Assembly (NCBI RefSeq): GCF_036261875.1 | Contig: NZ_DATAJZ010000020.1 | Location: 14,299-78,298, forward strand | DNA: 64,000 nucleotides | Direction: 5' to 3' | From: Sphingopyxis sp. | GTDB taxonomy: Bacteria > Pseudomonadota > Alphaproteobacteria > Sphingomonadales > Sphingomonadaceae | Program-made: the position numbers and the translations under genes | Shown here: piece after piece, positions 21,616-30,198 of the stretch | Numbering within the stretch: position 1 is the stretch's first letter | Layout: every line of letters starts with the position of its first letter | The notes under the pieces: model-generated | Database searches by the model: none | Told to the model about the DNA's origin: nothing | Seen by the model: only the letters and a program-made list of their open reading frames with translations

Positions 21616-22437
21616 ATGAGCGCATCCGACGCCGCCTTCGCCGATTGCCGCCTGATGGTGGCGACGCCCATCTATGACGGGGCGCAGGGCAGCTATGTCC
21701 GCGCGGCGCTCGACCTCGCGTTGAAGGCGCAGGCGGCGGGCATCGCGGTGCGGTTCGAGTTCATCCTCTATCAGGCGTCGATCACCCGCGCGCGCGACTT
21801 GCTCTCGGCGATCTTCCGCGCCAGCGACTGCACCCATCTGCTGTTTGTTGACGCCGATATCGATTTCGCGGCCGACGATGTCTTTTCGATGCTGCGCGCG
21901 ATGCGCGAGCAGGAGGATTGCGCGATTCTTGCCGCCGCCTGTCCGCGGCGGATGATCAACTGGTCCAATGTCGCGCGCGCGGTCGAGCGCGGGATGGCGA
22001 CGGACGATCCCGGCGAGTTCGCGCGCTTCGGCGGCGAGTTCGCGCTGCATTTCCTGCATCGGGACCAGCGTTTCGCGCTGACCGACCTCGTCGAACTGAC
22101 GCGCGCCGGGACCGGGATGATGCTGATCCGCCGCGATGTGCTCGATGGCCTCGCAGCGCGGCACCCCGAGCTCGCCTTTCGCACCGACCCCGGCGAGCGC
22201 ATTGCGCACGGCGTCGCGGACAGCGAACAGAGCTTCTTCCTGCCGATGATCGACCCCGACAGCCGCGAATTGCTGTCCGACGATTATGCCTTTTGCCGCC
22301 GCGCGCGCGATGCGGGTTTCCGCATCTGGCTCGCGCCGTGGGTGCGCACGACGCACAGCGGCCCCGCGATCTTTCAGGGATCGCTTCCCGACCTCGCCCA
22401 GCTTTTTGCCGTCCATTCCGCTTCTTCCACGGAGTAG
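21616..22437 (+). CDS. GT-A-fold glycosyltransferase-like protein of unknown function
   Basis: GGAGG precedes ATG 21616 (track ORF starts at TTG 21604). VATPIYDG N-terminus, DxD-like LLFVDADIDF, and C-terminal SDDYAFCRRARDAGFRIW. Strong GC3 bias. Confidence 0.5.
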   Translation: MSASDAAFADCRLMVATPIYDGAQGSYVRAALDLALKAQAAGIAVRFEFILYQASITRARDLLSAIFRASDCTHLLFVDADIDFAADDVFSMLRAMREQEDCAILAAACPRRMINWSNVARAVERGMATDDPGEFARFGGEFALHFLHRDQRFALTDLVELTRAGTGMMLIRRDVLDGLAARHPELAFRTDPGERIAHGVADSEQSFFLPMIDPDSRELLSDDYAFCRRARDAGFRIWLAPWVRTTHSGPAIFQGSLPDLAQLFAVHSASSTE

Positions 22438-22440
22438 TTC

Positions 22441-23799
22441 ATGCGTTATCTTCCCCTCACCAGCGACGACCGCGCGGCGATGCTCGCCGCCGTCGGCGCC
22501 GCGTCGATCGACGATCTCTTCGTCGACGTGCCCGCCGAAGCGCGGCTCGACGGCACGATCGCCGGGCTTCCCGACCATGCCAGCGAGCTTGCGGTCGAGC
22601 GCCACATGGCGGCACTCGCGCGGCGGAACATGGCGGCGGGCGACGGACCCTTCTTCCTCGGCGCCGGCGCCTATCGCCACCATGTCCCGGCGAGCGTCGA
22701 CCATCTGATCCAGCGCGGCGAGTTCCTGACCGCCTACACTCCCTATCAGCCCGAAATCGCGCAGGGCACGTTGCAGATGCTGTTCGAGTTTCAGAGCCAG
22801 GTCGCGCGCCTGCTCGGCACCGATGTTGCCAATGCGTCGATGTACGACGGCTCGACCGCCTGCTGGGAAGCGATCGTCATGGCGCGGCGCGTCACGCGGC
22901 GCAGCAAGGCGCTGCTCTCGACCGGGCTTCATCCGCATTATCGCAGCGTTGCCCGCACGATGGCGAAATATACCGGCGACGTGCTCGTCGACGGCGATCC
23001 GAACCTCGAGGCTGGCACCGATTGGGCCGCACTCGCGGCGGCGGTCGACAAGGAGACGAGCTGCGTCGTCGTCCAATATCCCGACATCCTCGGCCGCATC
23101 GATGACATGGCCGCGCTGGCGAATGCCTGCCAGGCCGCGGGCGCGCTGCTGATCGCGGTGGTGACCGAACCCGTCGCGCTCGGCCTGATCAAGGCGCCGG
23201 GCGAGATGGGCGCCGACATCGTCGTCGGTGAGGGGCAGTCGATCGGCGTCGGGCTGCAGTTCGGCGGTCCCTATCTGGGTCTGTTCGGCTGCAAGGCCAA
23301 ATATGTCCGCCAGATGCCGGGGCGCCTGTGCGGCGAGACCGCCGACGCCAATGGCAAGCGCGGCTTCGTGCTGACGCTCTCGACCCGCGAGCAGCATATC
23401 CGGCGCGAGAAGGCGACGAGCAATATCTGCACCAATTCGGGGCTTTGCGCGCTGGCCTTCAGCATTCACATGACCCTGCTGGGCGAAGCGGGGCTCCGCC
23501 AATTGGCGGGCATCAACCATGGCCGCGCCAAGGCCGCCGCCGTCGAACTGGCGAAGGTGCCGGGCGTGTCGCTGCTGAACGGCGGCTTCTTCAACGAATT
23601 CACCTTGGTCCTGCCGAAGGCGGCGCGGCCCGTCATCCATGAGCTGGCGGAGAAGGGCATTCTCGGCGGCGTCTCGCTTGGCCGCCTCTACCCCGACAAT
23701 GACGCGCTGGCGAACGGGCTTGTCGTCGCGGTGACCGAGACCGTCACCGAAGAGGATATCGCCGGCTTTGCTGCGGCGCTGAAGGAGGTGCTGGCATGA
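22441..23799 (+). CDS. gcvPA: Glycine dehydrogenase (decarboxylating) subunit 1
   Basis: 452-aa ORF starting [15 protein letters not shown]. Split P-protein arrangement. Confidence 0.9.
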   Translation: MRYLPLTSDDRAAMLAAVGAASIDDLFVDVPAEARLDGTIAGLPDHASELAVERHMAALARRNMAAGDGPFFLGAGAYRHHVPASVDHLIQRGEFLTAYTPYQPEIAQGTLQMLFEFQSQVARLLGTDVANASMYDGSTACWEAIVMARRVTRRSKALLSTGLHPHYRSVARTMAKYTGDVLVDGDPNLEAGTDWAALAAAVDKETSCVVVQYPDILGRIDDMAALANACQAAGALLIAVVTEPVALGLIKAPGEMGADIVVGEGQSIGVGLQFGGPYLGLFGCKAKYVRQMPGRLCGETADANGKRGFVLTLSTREQHIRREKATSNICTNSGLCALAFSIHMTLLGEAGLRQLAGINHGRAKAAAVELAKVPGVSLLNGGFFNEFTLVLPKAARPVIHELAEKGILGGVSLGRLYPDNDALANGLVVAVTETVTEEDIAGFAAALKEVLA

Positions 23800-25385
23800 C
23801 CGCGCTCAACCGCGCCGGATGGCGCCCCGAAATGAACGCCGGCGGCGTCGACGATACGACGACCTTCACCGGCAACCGTGCGCTGATGCTCGAAGAACCG
23901 TTGATCTTCGAGATCGGCGGCAGCGAGACGACCGGCGTCGATTTTGACGAAGCGGCGCCCGCCGCCGACCTCGGCGCGCTTGCGCGCTCGGCGCCGATCG
24001 GCCTGCCGGGGCTCAGCGAGTCCGAAACGGTGCGCCATTATACGCGGCTGTCGCGGCAGAATTATGCGATCGACCTCGGCCTCTTCCCGCTCGGAAGCTG
24101 CACGATGAAGCACAACCCGCGCCTCAATGAAAAGGTCGCGCGGATGCCGGGCTTCGCCGACGTCCACCCGCTCCAGCCGCAGGAAACGGTGCAGGGCGCC
24201 TATGCGGTGATCCACGAACTCGCCGAATGGCTGATCACCCTCACCGGGATGCACAGCGTCGCCATGTCGCCCAAGGCGGGGGCGCATGGCGAACTGTGCG
24301 GCATCCTCTGCATCAAGGCGGCCTTGGAAGCGCGCGGCGAGGACCGCCGCGTCATCCTCGTCCCCGAAAGCGCGCACGGCACCAATCCCGCCACCGCCGC
24401 CTTCGCGGGTTTCAGCGTCGAGGATATTCCGGCGACCGGCGAAGGCCGCGTCGATCTCGCGGCGCTCAGGGCGCGGCTCGGCCCCGATGTCGCGGGGGTG
24501 ATGATCACCAACCCCAACACCTGCGGCCTGTTCGAGCGTGAGATGAAGGCGATTTCGGACGCGGTCCACGCCGCGGGCGGCTATGTCTATTGCGATGGCG
24601 CCAATTTCAACGCGATCGTCGGGCGCGTCCGCCCCGGCGACCTGGGCGTCGACGCGATGCACATCAATCTGCACAAGACCTTCTCGACCCCGCACGGCGG
24701 CGGCGGTCCGGGTTCGGGGCCGGTGGTGCTGTCCGAAGCGCTCGCGCCCTTCGCGCCGCTGCCCTTCGTCACCAGCGAAGAAGGGCGTTTCCGCCTGATC
24801 GAGGAGGAAAATGCGGGCGAGGATCATCCACAGACCTTTGGCCGGATGACCGCCTTTCACGGCCAGATGGGCATGTTCACCCGCGCGCTCGCCTATATTC
24901 TCAGCCACGGCGCCGACGGGCTCAAGCAGGTTGCCGAGGATGCGGTGCTCAACGCGAACTATGTGCTGCGCAGCCTCGAGGATGTGCTCGACGCGCCGTT
25001 CGCGGCGTCGGGGCCGTGCATGCACGAGGCGCTGTTCAGCGACAAGGGGCTGGCCGAGGGCTTCTCGACGCTCGACGTCGCCAAGGGGCTGATCGACGAG
25101 GGCTATCACCCGATGACGGTCTTTTTCCCGCTCGTCGTCCACGGCGCGATGCTGGTCGAGCCGACCGAGACCGAGAGCAAGGCGGTGCTCGATCAGTTCA
25201 TCGGCGCGCTGCGCAGCATCGCGCTGCGCGCGAAGAACGGCGATCCGGCGCTCAAGTCGGCGCCGCATTTCGCCCCGCGCGCCCGGCTCGACGAAACGCT
25301 CGCGGCGCGAAAGCCCGTGCTCGCGTGGAGTGAGCCCGAGGTGGCGCCGGGCGCGCCGTCGCTGAGCGAGATCGGCGGCAGTTGA
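23796..25385 (+). CDS. gcvPB: Glycine dehydrogenase (decarboxylating) subunit 2
   Basis: ATGA overlap with gcvPA. PLP-lysine region [18 protein letters not shown]. Confidence 0.9.
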   Translation: MTALNRAGWRPEMNAGGVDDTTTFTGNRALMLEEPLIFEIGGSETTGVDFDEAAPAADLGALARSAPIGLPGLSESETVRHYTRLSRQNYAIDLGLFPLGSCTMKHNPRLNEKVARMPGFADVHPLQPQETVQGAYAVIHELAEWLITLTGMHSVAMSPKAGAHGELCGILCIKAALEARGEDRRVILVPESAHGTNPATAAFAGFSVEDIPATGEGRVDLAALRARLGPDVAGVMITNPNTCGLFEREMKAISDAVHAAGGYVYCDGANFNAIVGRVRPGDLGVDAMHINLHKTFSTPHGGGGPGSGPVVLSEALAPFAPLPFVTSEEGRFRLIEEENAGEDHPQTFGRMTAFHGQMGMFTRALAYILSHGADGLKQVAEDAVLNANYVLRSLEDVLDAPFAASGPCMHEALFSDKGLAEGFSTLDVAKGLIDEGYHPMTVFFPLVVHGAMLVEPTETESKAVLDQFIGALRSIALRAKNGDPALKSAPHFAPRARLDETLAARKPVLAWSEPEVAPGAPSLSEIGGS

Positions 25386-25720
25386 CCGGCGCCGACGACG
25401 CTGCGGCGAAGCGCCCCGGTGCCGGCTGCCTCGCCGGCGGGGCGCTGTTCGCGGTCATCTTCGTCGCGATCTGGCTGGCCGCGATCACGCTCTACGGGCT
25501 GATCGTCGAACAATGGGAACTGGTCCGCGTCCGCCGCGGGTTCAGCTATGACTGGGCTTTTCTCTATGCGCCGCTGATCGCGCTGGGGGTCGGGCTCACG
25601 GCGGCCTTCTTCGCGACCCGGCGGCTGCCCGCGGCGCGGATGACGCTGCTGATTCTGACGGTCGGCCTGATCGCGTTGTTCGGCGGCATCCTGCTCTTTG
25701 GGCTGGGTGGGTTGATCTGA
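25382..25720 (+). CDS. Small membrane protein, unknown function
   Basis: TTG start overlaps the gcvPB stop. Three predicted TM segments and strong GC3 bias. Confidence 0.5.
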   Translation: MTGADDAAAKRPGAGCLAGGALFAVIFVAIWLAAITLYGLIVEQWELVRVRRGFSYDWAFLYAPLIALGVGLTAAFFATRRLPAARMTLLILTVGLIALFGGILLFGLGGLI

Positions 25721-25731
25721 GCGGGCAGAAC

Positions 25732-25759
25732 GATCATCCCGGCTTTCGCCGGAATGACG
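25732..25759. repeat. Family B single hairpin unit
   Basis: TCATCCCGGC-TTTC-GCCGGAATGA palindrome between the small membrane ORF and the DUF4281 gene. Confidence 0.6.
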
Positions 25760-25772
25760 AAAGGGGGTTTAT

Positions 25773-26219
25773 ATGAGCTGGAACAACCTCTTTCTCATCG
25801 CCAATTACTGGGCGATCGCCGGCTGGCTGCTGCTCGCCTTCGCGCCGCGCAGTCCGCGGACATTGTCCACCATCCTCTATGCTGGCGTGTCGCTGCTCTG
25901 CCTGCTGTATATCGTTCTCATCATCGGCTTCCTGACCGGGGGGATCGACCCGGGCGGGGCCGGCGGCAGTTTCACGTCGCTCGCCGGGGTGATGAAGCTG
26001 TTCGCGGCGCCGGGCGGAGCGACGCTCGGCTGGGTCCATTATCTCGCCTTCGACCTGTTCACCGGCCTGTGGATCGCGCGCGACGCCGACAACAAGGGGT
26101 TCGACCGCGTCGTGCAGTTCCCGTTCCTCTTTCTGACCCTGATGGCGGGGCCGGTCGGCTTGTTCCTCTGGCTGGTCGTTCGCGAACGCCGCGCGCGGGA
26201 ACAGGCGCGCGCCGCATGA
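25773..26219 (+). CDS. DUF4281 (ABA4-like) membrane protein
   Basis: 148 aa with 4 TM segments. Signature WVHYLAFDLFTGLWI...D and FLFLTLMAGPVGLF. Confidence 0.6.
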   Translation: MSWNNLFLIANYWAIAGWLLLAFAPRSPRTLSTILYAGVSLLCLLYIVLIIGFLTGGIDPGGAGGSFTSLAGVMKLFAAPGGATLGWVHYLAFDLFTGLWIARDADNKGFDRVVQFPFLFLTLMAGPVGLFLWLVVRERRAREQARAA

Positions 26220-26848
26220 CCCAGCCGTGGCTGGCAGAGGATGGCGGCGCGGGAGCGAAGCGCCACGCCCCCGCGACGATGCGCAACCGCGATGCGATCG
26301 CCGCCGTACTCGCCGACTGGTTGCCGCCCGCGGGCACGGTGCTGGAGGTCGCGAGCGGGTCGGGTGAACATGCCGTCCATTTCGCCGCCGCCTTTCCGGG
26401 GCTCTCCTGGCAGCCGAGCGATCCCGACCCCGCGGCGCTGACGTCGATCGCCGCATGGCGCGCCGAGGCGGGTCTTGCGAATGTCGCCATGCCGCTCCTG
26501 CTCGACGCCGCCGCGCCCGAATGGCCGGTGGACGCGGCCGACGCGCTGCTGTGCATCAACATGGTGCATATCAGCCCATGGGCCGCGACACTGGGGCTTC
26601 TCGCGGGGGCACGCCGCATCTTGCCGCCCGGCGCGCCGCTGATCCTTTATGGTCCCTATGTCGAAAGCGAAGTGGAAACTGCTCCATCGAACCTCGCCTT
26701 CGACCGCTCGCTTAAGGAGCGCAATGCCGACTGGGGGCTGCGCGATCTGGACGCGGTCAAGGCGGCCGCCGCCGAGGCGGGTCTCGCCTTTGCCGAGCGC
26801 CGCGCGATGCCCGCGAACAATCTGATGCTGCTTTTTCATCGCCGCTGA
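26216..26848 (+). CDS. DUF938-family SAM-dependent methyltransferase-like protein
   Basis: ATGA overlap with the previous gene. Motifs APATMRNRDAI, VLEVASGSGEH, INMVHISPW and LILYGPY. Confidence 0.6.
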   Translation: MTQPWLAEDGGAGAKRHAPATMRNRDAIAAVLADWLPPAGTVLEVASGSGEHAVHFAAAFPGLSWQPSDPDPAALTSIAAWRAEAGLANVAMPLLLDAAAPEWPVDAADALLCINMVHISPWAATLGLLAGARRILPPGAPLILYGPYVESEVETAPSNLAFDRSLKERNADWGLRDLDAVKAAAAEAGLAFAERRAMPANNLMLLFHRR

Positions 26849-26946
26849 TTGCACCCTGTCACATCTACGCGCTTTTCCCCCACGCGCCGAGCCGCTAGCC
26901 TTGCCATCGATTGCAAAAAGCAACGCGATTCGAGGAGAGAGAATCG

Positions 26947-28506
26947 ATGGCCGCCGACCTTTCGGACCTGGTGACGTTCGACGAATTCATTACCCATTGG
27001 GCGGCCGACAGGCCGGATCGCATCGCGATGCGCGAGGAGGACCGGGTCTTCACCTATGCCGAACTCGATGAGCGCACCGCGCGCGTCGCGAGCGCCTTGC
27101 TCGCCGCGGGGCTGGAGAAAGGCGACCGCATCGCGTGGATCGGCAAGAACAGCGACCTTTATTTCACCATCTTCTTCGGCGCGGCGCGCGCGGGCATCGT
27201 GATGGCGCCGATCGGCTGGCGGCTGTCGCCAACCGAATGGGCCTATATCGTCAATGACACGAAGGCGAAGATCGTCTTCACCGGCCCCGGCTTCGACAAT
27301 GCGGCGGAGCAGCTTGCCGGCAAGCTCGACCACGCTCCGCGGATCATCGGCGCCGACGAAGCGCGCGCGCTGATCGACGGCACGCCGCGCGCCGCCTTCG
27401 CGCCTTCGGGGCCGAACGAGGCGGTGCTGCAACTCTATACCTCGGGCACCACCGGCAATCCCAAGGGCGCGGTGCTGTCGAACCGCAACCTCTTCGCGCT
27501 GCGCAAGAATTCCGCCGACGCCGACCTTGCCTATACGAAATGGGACGATGACGAGGCGGTGCTGGTCGCCATGCCCTGCGCGCATATCGGCGGCACCGGT
27601 CTCGGCATCATGGCGCTCGCGGCGGGGCTGCCGGGCATCGTCCTTGCCGAGTTCAATCCCGACGGCGTGTTCGACGCGGTCGAGCAGCATGGCGTCACGC
27701 GCTTCTTCATCGTCCCCGCGGCGCTCCAGATGCTGCTGATGCATCCGCGCTGCGCCAGCGTCGATTACAGCCGGCTCAAATATATCCTCTACGGCGCCGC
27801 GCCGATCCCGCTCGACCTGCTGCGCCAGTGCATCAAGATGTTCGGCGCCGAGTTCATCCAGGCTTATGGGATGACCGAGACCACCGGCACGATCTGCATG
27901 TTGCCGCCCGAGGATCATGACCCCGAAGGCAATAAGCGGATGCGCTCGGCGGGCAAGGCGCTACCCGGCGTCGAGATCAAAATCCTTGGCGCTGACGGCC
28001 GGGAAGTGCCGACGGGCGATGTTGGCGAGGTCGTCACCCGCTCGTCGAACAATATGCTCGGCTATTGGAACCTGCCCGACGCCACCGCGAAGACGATGAC
28101 CGGGGACGGCTGGATCCACACCGGCGACGCGGGCTATCTCGACGAGGACGGCTATCTCTTCATCCACGACCGGATGAAGGATATGATCATCTCGGGCGGC
28201 GAGAATGTCTATCCGGCCGAGGTCGAAAGCGCGATCTTCGGCCACCCCGCGGTGCAGGAGGTCGCGGTGATCGGCATCCCCGACCAGAAATGGGGCGAGA
28301 CGGTGAAGGCCGTCGTCGTCGCCAAGCCCGGCATGAGCATCGAGGAAGCCGACATCATCGCCTGGGCCCGCGACCGCATCGCCGCCTTCAAGGCCCCGCG
28401 CAGCGTTGACGTGATCGAAGCGCTGCCGCGGAATGCTAGCGGCAAGATTTTGCGCAAGGACCTGCGCGCGCCCTATTGGGAGGGGTATGAACGGATGGTG
28501 AATTAA
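26947..28506 (+). CDS. AMP-dependent acyl-CoA synthetase/ligase
   Basis: GAGGAGAG precedes ATG 26947. AMP-binding motifs LYTSGTTGNPKGA, GYGMTET and TGDAGYLDEDGY. Confidence 0.85.
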   Translation: MAADLSDLVTFDEFITHWAADRPDRIAMREEDRVFTYAELDERTARVASALLAAGLEKGDRIAWIGKNSDLYFTIFFGAARAGIVMAPIGWRLSPTEWAYIVNDTKAKIVFTGPGFDNAAEQLAGKLDHAPRIIGADEARALIDGTPRAAFAPSGPNEAVLQLYTSGTTGNPKGAVLSNRNLFALRKNSADADLAYTKWDDDEAVLVAMPCAHIGGTGLGIMALAAGLPGIVLAEFNPDGVFDAVEQHGVTRFFIVPAALQMLLMHPRCASVDYSRLKYILYGAAPIPLDLLRQCIKMFGAEFIQAYGMTETTGTICMLPPEDHDPEGNKRMRSAGKALPGVEIKILGADGREVPTGDVGEVVTRSSNNMLGYWNLPDATAKTMTGDGWIHTGDAGYLDEDGYLFIHDRMKDMIISGGENVYPAEVESAIFGHPAVQEVAVIGIPDQKWGETVKAVVVAKPGMSIEEADIIAWARDRIAAFKAPRSVDVIEALPRNASGKILRKDLRAPYWEGYERMVN

Positions 28507-28544
28507 GGGACGGCTAACGACCGATTGCGGACATAGGTAAGGAT

Positions 28545-28710
28545 CACACTCTCTCCCCTTGAGGGAGAGATACGAAGGCTTGGCAGCTTGCTGCCTAGCC
28601 GAAGTTGAGAGGGGGTTTTGCGTCCGCTGACGTCGCACCCCTCTCCAAGCTTCGCTAGCTCCCAGGGGAGCAAGCTGCGCTATCCTCTCCCTCAAGGGGA
28701 GAGGAGGCTA
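28545..28710. repeat. Family D composite palindromic element (cluster of about 5 hairpins)
   Basis: The outer hairpins CTCTCCCCTTGAGGGAGAG and CTCTCCCTCAAGGGGAGAG are exact reverse complements. Three further hairpins lie between them. Confidence 0.6.
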
Positions 28711-28743
28711 TATCCGCTTCCCACCCCAAAGCCGACAAAATGT

Positions 28744-29088
28744 TCAGAGAATCTCGCGCACCCGGTCCTGCGGGCGGCAATAGCGGACGCCCTTTTCGGT
28801 CTCGACGAAAGGGCGGTCGACATAGGCGGGATTGGCCGTCATCGCGGCGACGATCGCATCCTCGTCCGCGTCCGCCAGCCCGCGTTCCTCGGCGTCGGTG
28901 CCGCGCAGGCGGAGCGCCTCGCGCGCGGTCAGGCCGGCATCGCGGAAAAGCTGGCGCAGCTTGTCCGCCGTATAGGGGGTCTTCAGATATTCGACCACCT
29001 CGACCTCGACGCCGGGGGTCTCTTCGAGAATCGCCAGCGTCTTGCGCGAGGTGCCGCAGGCGGGGTTGTGCCAGATGACTGCCTTCAT
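28744..29088 (-). CDS. arsC: ArsC/Spx-family arsenate reductase-like protein
   Basis: 114 aa starting MKAVIWHNPACGTSRK (catalytic Cys context). YVDRPF motif. Confidence 0.75.
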   Translation of the reverse strand: MKAVIWHNPACGTSRKTLAILEETPGVEVEVVEYLKTPYTADKLRQLFRDAGLTAREALRLRGTDAEERGLADADEDAIVAAMTANPAYVDRPFVETEKGVRYCRPQDRVREIL

Positions 29089-29178
29089 GCCCCCGCCCTA
29101 ACGACAGCTTACCGCAGCGTAAACCCGCTATTCATGGCATATATGGCACATCTGCCCGCATGAAGGGGAACCACCAGC

Positions 29179-30015
29179 TTGCCTTTCCCGGCCCGGATAC
29201 GATCTATGAGAGATCGAGGGACCGCCAGAGGCGGCCAATGCGGGGTTGCTGCTCAAGTGAATGAACTGATCGATCGGCGGACATTGCTGGCGGGACTGGC
29301 GGGTGCGGGGGCGCTCGCCGCGACGTCGGCGCGGGCCGCCCAATTGCCCGGCTGGATGGCGCAGCCGTCGTCACCGATACCCCCGGCGCCCGTGCGGGCG
29401 CCGGTCGACTATCTTGCCGTCGCGCGCAAGCAGCTCGCGCTGCAATCGCGCAACATCCACCAGACCGACCGCGTCGGCATCGTCGATTTCGGCCTCCCCT
29501 CGTCGCGCCCGCGCTTCGCGCTGATCGACATGGCGGCGGGCAAGATCGAGATGTTCCCGGTGACTCACGGGCGCGGGTCGGACCCGCAGCACGACGGCTG
29601 GCTCAAGCGCTTCTCGAACGCGCCGGGCAGCCTCGCCTCGTCGCGCGGCGCCTATCGCACCAGCGACTATTATTGGGGCGCCAACGGCTCGTCGATGCGG
29701 CTCGCGGGGCTGGAGGCCGACAACAGCAACGCCGACATGCGCGCGATCGTCATCCACGGCGCCTGGTATGCCGAACCGGCGCTGATCGCGACGCAGGGCA
29801 AGCTGGGGCGCAGCGAGGGCTGCTTCGTCTTCGGCGAGGAATTGCTGCCGATGGTCCTCTACAAGCTGGGGCCGGGACGGCTGCTCTTCGCCGACAAGCT
29901 GAGCGCGCCGCCGCCGATGCCGAGCTTCCAGATGCCGACGGAGCCGCTGCCGGGGACCGAGAATATCATCCGCACCAGCGCGAGCAGCGGGACGATGCCG
30001 AAGACGGCGGAGTAG
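29179..30015 (+). CDS. L,D-transpeptidase catalytic-domain (YkuD_2-like) protein with Tat-type signal
   Basis: RRTLLAGLAGAGALAATSARA twin-arginine signal. IVIHGAWY and GRSEGCFVF active-site Cys context. Start uncertain (29179, 29206 or GTG 29257). Confidence 0.65.
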   Translation: MPFPARIRSMRDRGTARGGQCGVAAQVNELIDRRTLLAGLAGAGALAATSARAAQLPGWMAQPSSPIPPAPVRAPVDYLAVARKQLALQSRNIHQTDRVGIVDFGLPSSRPRFALIDMAAGKIEMFPVTHGRGSDPQHDGWLKRFSNAPGSLASSRGAYRTSDYYWGANGSSMRLAGLEADNSNADMRAIVIHGAWYAEPALIATQGKLGRSEGCFVFGEELLPMVLYKLGPGRLLFADKLSAPPPMPSFQMPTEPLPGTENIIRTSASSGTMPKTAE

Positions 30016-30050
30016 CCTATATCGAGCGTTAAATCATCATCACCTCAATT

Positions 30051-30132
30051 CCGTTCGTGTCGAGCGAAGTCGAGACACCCATCGGTATAGCGCTATGCCG
30101 ATGGGTGTCTCGACTTCGCTCGACACGAACGG
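30051..30132. repeat. Family A palindromic element, copy 2 (perfect 35-bp arms)
   Basis: CCGTTCGTGTCGAGCGAAGTCGAGACACCCATCGG, then loop tatagcgctatg, then the exact reverse complement. Confidence 0.9.
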
Positions 30133-30198
30133 AACGATGGGTCAGATTAAGGGCTCGCCGCTATAGCGGCCCCCGCCTTCGCGGGGGCGACGGCTGTC

